Part shown: positions 9,437-18,063 of the stretch, piece by piece
How positions within the stretch are numbered: the stretch's first letter is position 1
How the letters are laid out: the number at the start of each line of letters is the position of its first letter
Translations under genes and position numbers: made by a program
Notes under the pieces: generated by a model
The model's database searches: none
Told to the model about the DNA's origin: nothing
Seen by the model: the letters and a program-made list of their open reading frames with translations, nothing else
Assembly: GCA_043809745.1 (NCBI GenBank)
Contig: JBDROU010000073.1
Span: forward strand, 98,218 to 162,217
DNA length: 64,000 nucleotides
Direction: 5' to 3'
Origin: a bacterium
GTDB taxonomy: Bacteria; Elusimicrobiota; JBDRMW01; JBDROU01

Positions 9437-10039
9437 ATGAAACGATATATTAATCCTATTTCGGTGCAGGAACAGATAAAATCTAAAAATATTAGATTTT
9501 TTACTCCTGTTGAATTCCAAAGAATGTTCCACATTACTTCATCGAGGGCAAAATATTATCTTGAAACTTATACTCACATGGGACTCTTTGCCCGGTTGAA
9601 AAAAGGGCTTTATGTCATGAAAAATCAATTTCCAAGTGAAGAGGAAATTGCCTGTATGCTTTATAGACCCTCTTATATCTCTTTTGAATATGCTTTGGCC
9701 CGGCATGGGATAATTCCGGAAATGGTTTATTCCATAACCTCTGCGACTACAAAACCGACGCGAGAGTTTTTTACCTACAATAAGGAATTTGTCTATCTCT
9801 CAATTAAAAAATCTTCTTTTACAGGCTACTCTCTTTTAAAAGAGGGACCAAGTCATTATTTAATGGCTGATCCAGAGAAAGCTTTCATTGATCTGCTCTA
9901 TTTTGTTTCTTTAGGGAAAAGGACGATCGGGGACAGATTGAACACACACAATCTAAAAAAAGAAAAGGCATTTCAATACGCCAGACTCTACAAACGTCAA
10001 GGTTTAATCAAATTGGTAGAAAAATATGATCTCAAGTGA
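9437..10039 (+). CDS. abiEi: Type IV toxin-antitoxin antitoxin, AbiEi family
   Basis: N-terminal wHTH with RLKKGLY; PSYISFEYAL..HGIIPE..YSITS; A.PEKAFIDLLY; overlaps the abiEii start. Confidence 0.85.
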   Translation: MKRYINPISVQEQIKSKNIRFFTPVEFQRMFHITSSRAKYYLETYTHMGLFARLKKGLYVMKNQFPSEEEIACMLYRPSYISFEYALARHGIIPEMVYSITSATTKPTREFFTYNKEFVYLSIKKSSFTGYSLLKEGPSHYLMADPEKAFIDLLYFVSLGKRTIGDRLNTHNLKKEKAFQYARLYKRQGLIKLVEKYDLK

Positions 10040-10751
10040 AATAATTAAAGAATTAGCAGTTAAGCATCAAACGACAGAACTTAACGTTGTTCGAGAGTAC
10101 TTTCAGCATCTCTTTCTGTATTACTTTTATATCCAAAAACCATCCTCTAAAGTATTATTTAAGGGCGGTACCGCATTGAGAGTTATTTACGCTAGCCCGC
10201 GTTTTTCTGAAGACTTGGATTTTAGTACCGAAATAAAAAGCATCTCTACTTTAGAGGATCTGGTGCTGGAGGCACTTTCAGAAATGGAAAGGGAAGGATT
10301 ATCCGGGAAAATTAGAGAATCAAAAGCAACAAGCGGTGGATATTTGTCAATTATTTATTTTGAGTTTGGAAACAGGAAGATTACTATTCAAATTGAGGTT
10401 TCTCTCAGAAACAAGGGGATTAAGGGAGAAACGGTTACAATTGCGAGCGATTTCATCCCACCATATACTCTTGAGCAATTGCTCCAGGAGGATTTGGTGG
10501 ATGAAAAAATCAAAGCTCTTTTCTCAAGGCAAAAACCGAGAGATTTTTATGATCTTTATTTTATGCTGAGGGCTAACTTGATTCCAACGCAGAAAAAATC
10601 ACTTATGACAAAAACCCTTAAAATACTTCAGAATACAAAAATACCTTTTGCAAAAGAACTAAAAGTCTTTCTTCCTCAAAGCCACTGGGCAGTGATCAAA
10701 ACTTTCAAAGAATCACTTGAGAGGGAAATACATAGGAATTTCAGTTTTTAA
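10026..10751 (+). CDS. abiEii: Type IV toxin, AbiEii/AbiGii nucleotidyltransferase
   Basis: FKGGTALR, RFSEDLDF, EKIKAL..R.KPRDFYDL motifs. Confidence 0.92.
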   Translation: MISSEIIKELAVKHQTTELNVVREYFQHLFLYYFYIQKPSSKVLFKGGTALRVIYASPRFSEDLDFSTEIKSISTLEDLVLEALSEMEREGLSGKIRESKATSGGYLSIIYFEFGNRKITIQIEVSLRNKGIKGETVTIASDFIPPYTLEQLLQEDLVDEKIKALFSRQKPRDFYDLYFMLRANLIPTQKKSLMTKTLKILQNTKIPFAKELKVFLPQSHWAVIKTFKESLEREIHRNFSF

Positions 10752-10814
10752 TGAAGTTCCGAGAGCATGTCCCAATTCCACTTATTTTAGTTTATTTTTG
10801 TTATTGGGGTTATT

Positions 10815-10937
10815 GGGGACGGGGTTATGTAATACGGTATTGGTTCTCAAAGACTTCTTGCGACCCTTTTATATTGAATCACTTATCGAAGATCTTGTGA
10901 TACCAAAATATCTTGCTGGTTCCACACCGCTGATCTT
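10815..10937 (-). pseudogene. 3'-terminal remnant of a second RAYT-like transposase (HTH and end motif)
   Basis: Minus-strand translation KISGVEPARYFGITRSSISDSI*KGRKKSLRTNTVLHNPVP: an HTH with an internal stop, ending in a CGTCCCC (VP) terminus as I recall for this transposase group; begins at a 7-bp hairpin (10928-10946). Confidence 0.6.
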
Positions 10938-10985
10938 TTATCAGCGTCCTTGGATGTTTATCAAAATAATGATATAATACCTCCT

Positions 10986-11333
10986 GTGAATATAGAAATT
11001 ATAAAAACAAAAATATCTAAACAAAAATTACATAAAATTGCCAAGAATAATTATGGGAATATGGTCAAAGGTGTTATCGATATCCATTTAAAGATAATAG
11101 CCCTTGGTGGAGAACTTCATGCAGATGCAGAAGCCATTTTACTTCAAAAAGGATCAAATCAACAAGATCTATGGGGTTTCAATATCTATATCGACAAACC
11201 GATTAGTAAGAGAATACAATACACATCCTTTATTAATATAAGACCCGCGCAAAATAATCGCTCTTTAGAGATTAAAAACGCAGAACTAAAAGCGAAAATT
11301 AAAAGAATAATTGATTCTTTAATTAGAAGCTAA
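10986..11333 (+). CDS. DUF5674 family protein
   Basis: MVKGVIDI...IALGGELHADAE..LL..GS.Q.DLWGFNIY...SFINIRP.QNNRS; probable leaderless GTG start 7 nt after TATAAT (10973-10978). Confidence 0.85.
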   Translation: MNIEIIKTKISKQKLHKIAKNNYGNMVKGVIDIHLKIIALGGELHADAEAILLQKGSNQQDLWGFNIYIDKPISKRIQYTSFINIRPAQNNRSLEIKNAELKAKIKRIIDSLIRS

Positions 11334-11334
11334 T

Positions 11335-11649
11335 ATGGATAAAAAAAGATGGTCTAAACTCTCCAAAGCCCAGCAATTGGGCAATATCGGTAGTGAAATT
11401 GCAAGGGCTAATTATTGGGAAATGCACGATGATGACAGAAATAGAGAAAAAGCTTTTGTGCGTTCTTTAGAACTGCTTGATCTAACATTAAGCGACCAAC
11501 GTTGGAAATCGGGCTTAAAAGAGATTGCTCGCTTTCGAGAAGTTGTAAGCGCCTTGTTTTGCAAACATGCATATTTTGATATTTCAACAAAAGAACTCGA
11601 AAATTATTGTATTGACTTTGTAATCAACTCAAAAAAATCAATAATATAA
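11335..11649 (+). CDS. Small helical hypothetical protein, partner of DUF5674
   Basis: RW..LS..QQLGNIGSEI.RA ... RSLELLDLT.....LKEIARFRE; starts 1 nt after the DUF5674 stop. Confidence 0.75.
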   Translation: MDKKRWSKLSKAQQLGNIGSEIARANYWEMHDDDRNREKAFVRSLELLDLTLSDQRWKSGLKEIARFREVVSALFCKHAYFDISTKELENYCIDFVINSKKSII

Positions 11650-11855
11650 CAACTCACCCGTCATATCTTATCTTGGCCTGATCCGTTATCAGCAAAACTG
11701 CTTATTTTGATTTCACAAAATCAAAGGAACACAACACGCTTCTTTTAATATATAACCACATCTGGGCGCCTTAATTGTGTTGAAATTATATTCATATATG
11801 CATCAGTTATTCTCAAAAAGGTCATATCAAAAGTGGTGTAAATGGCTAAAAAAGT

Positions 11856-11909
11856 TTTACAATTACTTTACATTTTCTTTAAACGTTTTTTACATAATAT
11901 CTTTATAAT
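11856..11909 (+). promoter_or_regulatory. Four TTTAcA direct repeats at 11-bp period upstream of a -10 box
   Basis: TTTACA 11856, TTTACA 11867, TTTAAA 11878, TTTACA 11889; TATAAT 11904-11909. Confidence 0.6.
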
Positions 11910-11968
11910 ATACAGACAGAGTGGAGATTAAGGAAAAAGGTGCTAATTAGAAATTTATTGGAGGTAAG

Positions 11969-14900
11969 ATGAAAAATAAACTGATTATAGTATTGCTTGC
12001 GGTTGTATGTGCTCAGTTGATTATGAGTAAATATGTTTATGCTTCTGTGTTTGTAAGTTCGAATAATGGAGATGTGCGTTTCTCAGCAGTAAAAGGCAGA
12101 TCAAATCCTGGCCCTGAAAGTATAAGAATTTGGAATGGAAATGGTGATGTGACTCAGTGGACACTAAGGGTGGATGAATCTTGGATAAGCGTTTCACCAT
12201 CTTCAGGCCGTCTTTTCGTAGAGGATCCTGATAATCCAGGTTTTATTGATTCAGAGTTACTTTCTGTTACTGTAGATATAAGTAGTTTGGATGTAGGTAC
12301 TTACCAAAAAAAAATATATGTAGACTGGTATAAAACCTACACGCCTACATATAGAGGCACTTTGGAAATTCCAGTTTATATAACTTTATTTTCTGATCCA
12401 TTCATAAATTCAGTATCACCTGAAAGTGTTAACCAGGGAGGCGATCAGCCTGCAAATGTTATTCTTTCAATTGTTGGTTCGAATTTTGCTAGTGATGCTG
12501 AGATTAGTTTTAGTTCGGATAAAATTATTGTTAATTCACTGGTAGTCTTTGATGCCAGTAATATTAATGCTGATATAAGTATATATGATGCTCCTGGAGG
12601 TAGTAAAAATCTAACAGTAACTAATGGTGACGGTGGTAGTTATACTAAATATGGAGCCATTAAGGTTATTGATATAACTTCACCAACACCAAATCCACCA
12701 TTAATTGAGAGCGCGGAAGTTATTTCGACAAGTAGGATTAGCTGGTTTGTAACAAAATGTAATGATCCAAGCTTGCCTTTGACTTATAGTAGCGAATACG
12801 AAATACAGGAATTAGGAAGTGAAACTTGGGAATTCAATAAAAATATTAATCATAGAGGACAAGTTTTAGAAAGGAACGATTTGGAAGCTAATCGGCATTA
12901 TAGGGTACGGACAAAGATAGTTGATAACCAATGGAATGAGACCTCTTTTAGTGAGTATTATTATGCTTGGACATTAGCTTCCCAACCTCAATTTGAATTG
13001 TATCCAGCTATGACAAATACTACTCTTTGTGTTGAGTGGTCAAGTTTAAATCACGATTTAACTGAATTTTATTGTGAAATAGTGGAAAGTCCAGATATTA
13101 ATTCTGGATGGATACAAGGGATAACTAAATATAACTTTACTGGATTAAATGGCGGTAGAGAGTATAGCGTTAGAATAAAGGCTAGAAATGGTGGAGGAGT
13201 AGAAACTGGGTGGGAAGAATGTCCAGCGGTAACAATACAAGATAACCCAATAATAACGATAAATAGTCCAAATGGGGGTGAGTATTTCAGCGGAAGATTT
13301 ATTCGCTGGTCTGTCGTTGGATACTCTGATTACAATATAAAGATCTCATATTCTGATAATGGAGGTGAAAGCTTTCCGTATATTATTACTGAATCTACAA
13401 AAAATAATGGTGAGTATTTTTGGGAAACTGATAATATATTGATAAAAAAATGCCGGATTAGAATAGAAAAGATTGATGATCCTTCTATAGCAGATGAAAG
13501 TGATGGGGATTTTACTGTTGATTCATTGCCGTTGCTACCTAATCCAGCTGAGATTAGCTACTGTGAGCCGGTTTCTTCTACCACGATTAGGTGGGTAGCT
13601 GTGGAACCAACAAAAGATGGGAGTTTTGTATATAAATTCCAATATTTACATGAAAGTGGTGATTTTGCTACAGGAGCGCCAGGTAGTGAGCTCGAGACAA
13701 ATATATATGAAGTATCTGGATGCCTTCCCAATGATTGTTACAAAGCACGGGTTCTCATAACACAACCAACAATAGAATCAACTCAGTGGAGTGTAGAAGT
13801 TAGCACATATACTTATGCGGCATTACCAGATGCTTATCTATACACATATATTTCAAGTAGCACAATTGTTGCCAGATGGGGGGCAAATAATAACCCTGGG
13901 TATACAGAGTATCTATGCGTATTAGAAGGGAATGATATTGCATTAACTGGTGAGGGTGGCTGGCAATATGGAAATGCTTGTACTTTTAGAAATTTAGAGG
14001 CAGATACTGAATATACTTGTAAAGTAAAAGCACGAAATCGTAATTTTATAGAAACTCCTTGGGTAGAGTTGGGAAAAGTGAAAACATTATCAATAGATGA
14101 TCCAAGCCCTGATCCAGATCCAAAACCAAACCCTGATCCAGATCCAAGCCCTGATCCAGATCCAGTACCTGTGGTGTATGCTCCAGAGATAAAGAGTATC
14201 TCGCCTTATTATGTAAGTAGAGGAGATCTGATAAAAGTTAGAATTGAAGGGAAGCATTTTTCTACAAATACAATAGTTAGAATAATAACGACTGAAAATG
14301 AGAAAATTATTATCAAGGATGTAAACTATATAAGTAATAATTTGATCGAAACTGAGATTGAAGTATCTGATTACGCTCCATTGGGGGCTGTTACAATGGT
14401 GCTGAGTAATGATGGGTTATCGAATACTGTTGATAATGCATTGAATGTAAAAGATTGTACTAAAAAGAGAGTTAAAGTGGATTCGAATGAAGGGAAGACT
14501 ATTAACATTAATTCAGAAAATGGACAGGTTTCTCTATTTGTAGCTCCCAATACATTTGGTGAAGAAGTTACGCTCAATGTGGAGATTATAAAAGGTGTCC
14601 AGAAACTTAGTGAAGGTATGAAACATACAGGTATTTTGTTGATAGTAACAAATGATCAAGGGTTGCAGCCAAAGCAAAATGTGCAAATTACAATTATTTA
14701 TGATGAAGCGGACATTGCTGGGTTCGAAGAGAAGAAATTAGTATTAGCTCGATATAATGAGCTTAACGACAAATGGATATTGCTCTCTTCCGCAGCAAAC
14801 CCTACTAGCAATACGGTTGTTGGATATACCGATCATTTCTCAACTTTTGCAATAGTACAACCAGTTCCTGTAGTAAATCTTAAGCAAGTTAAAGTTTATC

Positions 14901-15145
14901 CTATGCCTTATAATCCAAAAGCACAAGGATTTATTACTGTGGATAATCTGACCAATGATGCTGAGATTACTGTGTATACAATAAGTGGCGAGATGGTTTG
15001 CAAACTTCTCAAGCCAGATGTTCAGGGTAAGTCTTACTGGACAGGATATAATGAAGCGGGTAAGAAGGTTGCCAGCGGTATTTATTTAATGCATATAAAA
15101 AGTTCAGCAGGATCAAAGACGCTTAAAATAGCTATTCAAAAATAA
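11969..15145 (+). CDS. Large secreted Ig/FN3-repeat surface protein with C-terminal sorting (T9SS-CTD/FlgD-Ig-like) domain
   Basis: Signal peptide; BACON-like (WISVSPSSG), IPT/TIG and duplicated FN3 modules (KARN); PD linker; DHFSTFA; C-terminal VYP.PYNP...YTISGE.V...W.G.N..G..VASGIY. Confidence 0.8.
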   Translation: MKNKLIIVLLAVVCAQLIMSKYVYASVFVSSNNGDVRFSAVKGRSNPGPESIRIWNGNGDVTQWTLRVDESWISVSPSSGRLFVEDPDNPGFIDSELLSVTVDISSLDVGTYQKKIYVDWYKTYTPTYRGTLEIPVYITLFSDPFINSVSPESVNQGGDQPANVILSIVGSNFASDAEISFSSDKIIVNSLVVFDASNINADISIYDAPGGSKNLTVTNGDGGSYTKYGAIKVIDITSPTPNPPLIESAEVISTSRISWFVTKCNDPSLPLTYSSEYEIQELGSETWEFNKNINHRGQVLERNDLEANRHYRVRTKIVDNQWNETSFSEYYYAWTLASQPQFELYPAMTNTTLCVEWSSLNHDLTEFYCEIVESPDINSGWIQGITKYNFTGLNGGREYSVRIKARNGGGVETGWEECPAVTIQDNPIITINSPNGGEYFSGRFIRWSVVGYSDYNIKISYSDNGGESFPYIITESTKNNGEYFWETDNILIKKCRIRIEKIDDPSIADESDGDFTVDSLPLLPNPAEISYCEPVSSTTIRWVAVEPTKDGSFVYKFQYLHESGDFATGAPGSELETNIYEVSGCLPNDCYKARVLITQPTIESTQWSVEVSTYTYAALPDAYLYTYISSSTIVARWGANNNPGYTEYLCVLEGNDIALTGEGGWQYGNACTFRNLEADTEYTCKVKARNRNFIETPWVELGKVKTLSIDDPSPDPDPKPNPDPDPSPDPDPVPVVYAPEIKSISPYYVSRGDLIKVRIEGKHFSTNTIVRIITTENEKIIIKDVNYISNNLIETEIEVSDYAPLGAVTMVLSNDGLSNTVDNALNVKDCTKKRVKVDSNEGKTININSENGQVSLFVAPNTFGEEVTLNVEIIKGVQKLSEGMKHTGILLIVTNDQGLQPKQNVQITIIYDEADIAGFEEKKLVLARYNELNDKWILLSSAANPTSNTVVGYTDHFSTFAIVQPVPVVNLKQVKVYPMPYNPKAQGFITVDNLTNDAEITVYTISGEMVCKLLKPDVQGKSYWTGYNEAGKKVASGIYLMHIKSSAGSKTLKIAIQK
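14099..14165 (+). repeat. Intragenic Pro-Asp linker repeat
   Basis: CCCTGATCCAGATCCA at 14107, 14131 and 14149, encoding PSPDPDPKPNPDPDPSPDPDP. Confidence 0.9.
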
Positions 15146-15160
15146 ATTTTGGGGGAGATA

Positions 15161-16084
15161 ATGAAAAAAATTGCACTTCTGACAGGGATGTTGATTATAG
15201 CAGGTAGTGTATGTTACGCCGGATTTTCTAAAGATGATGCGGGGACGTCAGCCGCTCAGTTTTTAAAACTTGGAGCGGGTGCCCGCGCAACAGGCATGGG
15301 AGAAGCTTACGGGGCCGTTGCAGATGATGCTTCGGCGCTTTATTGGAATCCGGCAGGAATGGCCCAGCTGGATAACATCGAGGTATCATTAATGCATGCC
15401 GAGTGGGTGGAGGACATATCCTATGAGTGGGGTTCTGTTGCTGTTCCTGCTGGGGGTGCGGGTGTGATAGGATTAGGTGTACAGTACCTATCATACGGGG
15501 ACATGAAAGAACTGGATACGAATGGGATAGAACAGGGTGATTTTAGTCCTACGGATATGGCGGTGAACCTGGGGTATGGGTTAAAATTGACCGATTCAAT
15601 ATTTTTGGGAATAAATGCAAAGTACATAAGCTGCCAGATTAAAGAGAAGGCATCCACAACAGCGGCTGATGTCGGCCTCATCAAAAAGTTTATGGACAAA
15701 AAGTTCAGTCTTGGAGTCGCATTTCAGAATATAGGCGGAAAGATGAAGTTTGAGAGCGAGGAAGATGATTTGCCTCTAAATTTCAAAATAGGGAGTGCAT
15801 ATAAAATAAACAAATCACTGCTTTTGGCTTTAGATGTAAATGCGCCTAAGGATAATGAAACAGCAGTTGGTTTAGGTGCGGAATATATTCAGAACATAAG
15901 CAATGATTTCAGTGTAGCCGGAAGGGTTGGGTACAACAGCCGAACTAAGGATGTAGAAGGGCTAAACGGTCTTAGTTTAGGTGTTGGAGGTAATATTTTT
16001 GGCTATATGGTTGATTATTCATATGTGCCGCTCGGTGATATAGGAGATACACACCGGATATCGCTGGGAATTAGCTTCAAATAG
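15161..16084 (+). CDS. PorV/PorQ family outer-membrane beta-barrel
   Basis: AAQFLKLGAGARATGMGEAY.AVADDASALYWNPAG; C-terminal DYSYVPLGDIGDTHRISLGISF. Confidence 0.88.
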   Translation: MKKIALLTGMLIIAGSVCYAGFSKDDAGTSAAQFLKLGAGARATGMGEAYGAVADDASALYWNPAGMAQLDNIEVSLMHAEWVEDISYEWGSVAVPAGGAGVIGLGVQYLSYGDMKELDTNGIEQGDFSPTDMAVNLGYGLKLTDSIFLGINAKYISCQIKEKASTTAADVGLIKKFMDKKFSLGVAFQNIGGKMKFESEEDDLPLNFKIGSAYKINKSLLLALDVNAPKDNETAVGLGAEYIQNISNDFSVAGRVGYNSRTKDVEGLNGLSLGVGGNIFGYMVDYSYVPLGDIGDTHRISLGISFK

Positions 16085-16248
16085 AATAAACATTTCTTTT
16101 TGCTATAAATCATTTTTTACATATCAAATCCATATTTAAAATATCTTTAATTATTAATCAACGTTCTAATGCTCATCCAATATAGTTAATTTGTATTAAT
16201 TTCTATTGATTTTTTGGGAAAAAGCGAGTATAATAACTCCTTATCTTT

Positions 16249-16935
16249 ATGATATCTTTAAGTATCGGTGATATAAGAAGCAGGATCAATGATGCGGCGT
16301 TAAAGAAGGGGTGTAATCCAGAAGACATTATACTGCTGGCTGCGACAAAGAAGGTCTCTTCCGAGCTAATTCGAGAAGCTATTAACAATGGGATCTCCCA
16401 TTTCGGCGAAAATAAGGTGCAGGAAGCAATCCTTAAGATAGACTCGATTGGGCGAAGCGTTAGCTGGCATATGATCGGGCATCTGCAGACCAATAAAGCT
16501 AAAAAGGCCGTAGAAGCGTTTGATGTTATACAGTCTTTGGACAGTTTTCATCTGGCGGAATCTCTAGACAAATACGCAAAACAACTTGGCAAAAAGCAGG
16601 TGTGTCTGGTTGAGATCAATATTGGCGGTGAGGAATCAAAATTTGGAGTTAATCCGGAGGAACTTATTGAGTTCCTTAATAGGTGCAATACATTACAAAG
16701 TATTGAGATTCAAGGTTTGATGACAATAACCCCCTATTTTGAAGATAAAGAAAAAGCAAGGCCTTATTTTAAGAAGATGAATGAGCTTTTTCAAAAGTGC
16801 GGAAACAAGCTTGTTCATGCAAATGTTAAAATGAAGTTTCTTTCGATGGGGATGAGCGGCGATTTTGAGGCGGCAATAGAAGAGGGGTCTAATATGGTGC
16901 GGATAGGTACGGCTATCTTTGGGGAGCGAAACTAA
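16249..16935 (+). CDS. yggS: PLP homeostasis protein YggS
   Basis: AATK, FGENKVQE, WHMIGHLQTNK, LSMGMSGDFE.AIEEGS.MVRIGT. Confidence 0.95.
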   Translation: MISLSIGDIRSRINDAALKKGCNPEDIILLAATKKVSSELIREAINNGISHFGENKVQEAILKIDSIGRSVSWHMIGHLQTNKAKKAVEAFDVIQSLDSFHLAESLDKYAKQLGKKQVCLVEINIGGEESKFGVNPEELIEFLNRCNTLQSIEIQGLMTITPYFEDKEKARPYFKKMNELFQKCGNKLVHANVKMKFLSMGMSGDFEAAIEEGSNMVRIGTAIFGERN

Positions 16936-17742
16936 ATGAGTTTGTTAGAGAGTAAAAAGATTTCTGTTATCGGCTGCGGAAATATGGGGAGCTCTATTAT
17001 ATCCGGTTTGCTTCAATCAAAATTAGTTAAAGCCAAGAATATACTTGGTTGCGATATAGCTAAATCTTGTTTAAAAGGAATAAATGTAAACTCAACAACC
17101 GATTGTGAAAAGGCTTTATTTTGGGGAGAGATTATAATTATAGCTGTTAAACCTCAACAAATAAGTGATTTGTTGTCAAAAGTGAAGAAAAATAGCGCAA
17201 AGAATAAAATAATTATATCTGTTGTAGCAGGAAAGAGGATTGCTTTTTTTCAAAAATATTTTAATAAAGGAACAGTAATTATAAGATCTATGCCGAACAC
17301 ACCAGCTATAATACAGGAAGGAGCTGTTGCCTTTGCTCCATCTAAAAATGCATCGAAGATTCAAATAGATATGGCTGAATGCTTATTGAAAAGTATTGGG
17401 AAAGTTGTAAGAGTTAAAGAAAGCCAACTTGATGCGGTTACTGCGTTATCAGGTTCCGGCCCGGCATATGTGTTTTATTTGGCTGAAATTATGATCGATG
17501 CAGCTAAGAAGATGGGTTTACCGTCTGAGATTGCTCAAAAACTTGTGTTTCAAACGTTAATAGGAGCAAGCCTTTTAATGATTGGTTCCGATTATGATCC
17601 AAGTGTCTTGAGGAAAAAGGTGACCTCCCCCAAGGGGACAACAGAGAAAGCATTTGATTATATTAAGAAAAGCAATGTCGGGCAAAATTGGGTTAAAGCA
17701 ATAATGTTAGCTAAAAAAAGATCGGAGGAGTTGTCTGTATAG
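16936..17742 (+). CDS. proC: Pyrroline-5-carboxylate reductase
   Basis: IGCGNMG, AVKPQ, RSMPNTP, TALSGSGPAY, VTSPKGTT. Confidence 0.96.
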   Translation: MSLLESKKISVIGCGNMGSSIISGLLQSKLVKAKNILGCDIAKSCLKGINVNSTTDCEKALFWGEIIIIAVKPQQISDLLSKVKKNSAKNKIIISVVAGKRIAFFQKYFNKGTVIIRSMPNTPAIIQEGAVAFAPSKNASKIQIDMAECLLKSIGKVVRVKESQLDAVTALSGSGPAYVFYLAEIMIDAAKKMGLPSEIAQKLVFQTLIGASLLMIGSDYDPSVLRKKVTSPKGTTEKAFDYIKKSNVGQNWVKAIMLAKKRSEELSV

Positions 17743-17799
17743 TAGGAGTTTGATGTTAGAAAGTTAGCATAAATTTTAGTTATAAATAAAGGAGGACTT

Positions 17800-18063
17800 A
17801 TGATAGTAAAAGTAAGAGTAATACCAAATTCAAAAAAAAGCGAGATGGCAGGTAGAATCGGGCACATCTTAAGAATAAGGGTTGCAGCTCCCCCAGAAGA
17901 AAATAAAGCTAACGAGGAACTCGTAGACTTTATGGCAGATTTTTTCGAAGTAAAGGAAAAAATGGTAAAGATTATTCGAGGCCATAAAGCCAGGGAAAAA
18001 ACTATCAGCATTAACGGCAGGCCGGAAGATGATTTGGAAGATTTAATGGAAACAATACCATGA
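17800..18063 (+). CDS. DUF167 (YggU) family protein
   Basis: VRVIPNS, APPEENKANEEL..F.A, I.RG...REK. Confidence 0.9.
   Translation: MIVKVRVIPNSKKSEMAGRIGHILRIRVAAPPEENKANEELVDFMADFFEVKEKMVKIIRGHKAREKTISINGRPEDDLEDLMETIP

Noticed and set aside
10717-10977. 86-aa + strand ORF between abiEii and DUF5674
   Set aside because: It runs through repeat scars and is antisense to the transposase remnant; no recognisable features
11672-11684. CTTGGCCTGATCC as a definite right end of the island
   Set aside because: Only a loose match to CTTGAGACCTGACCC; kept as weak support only
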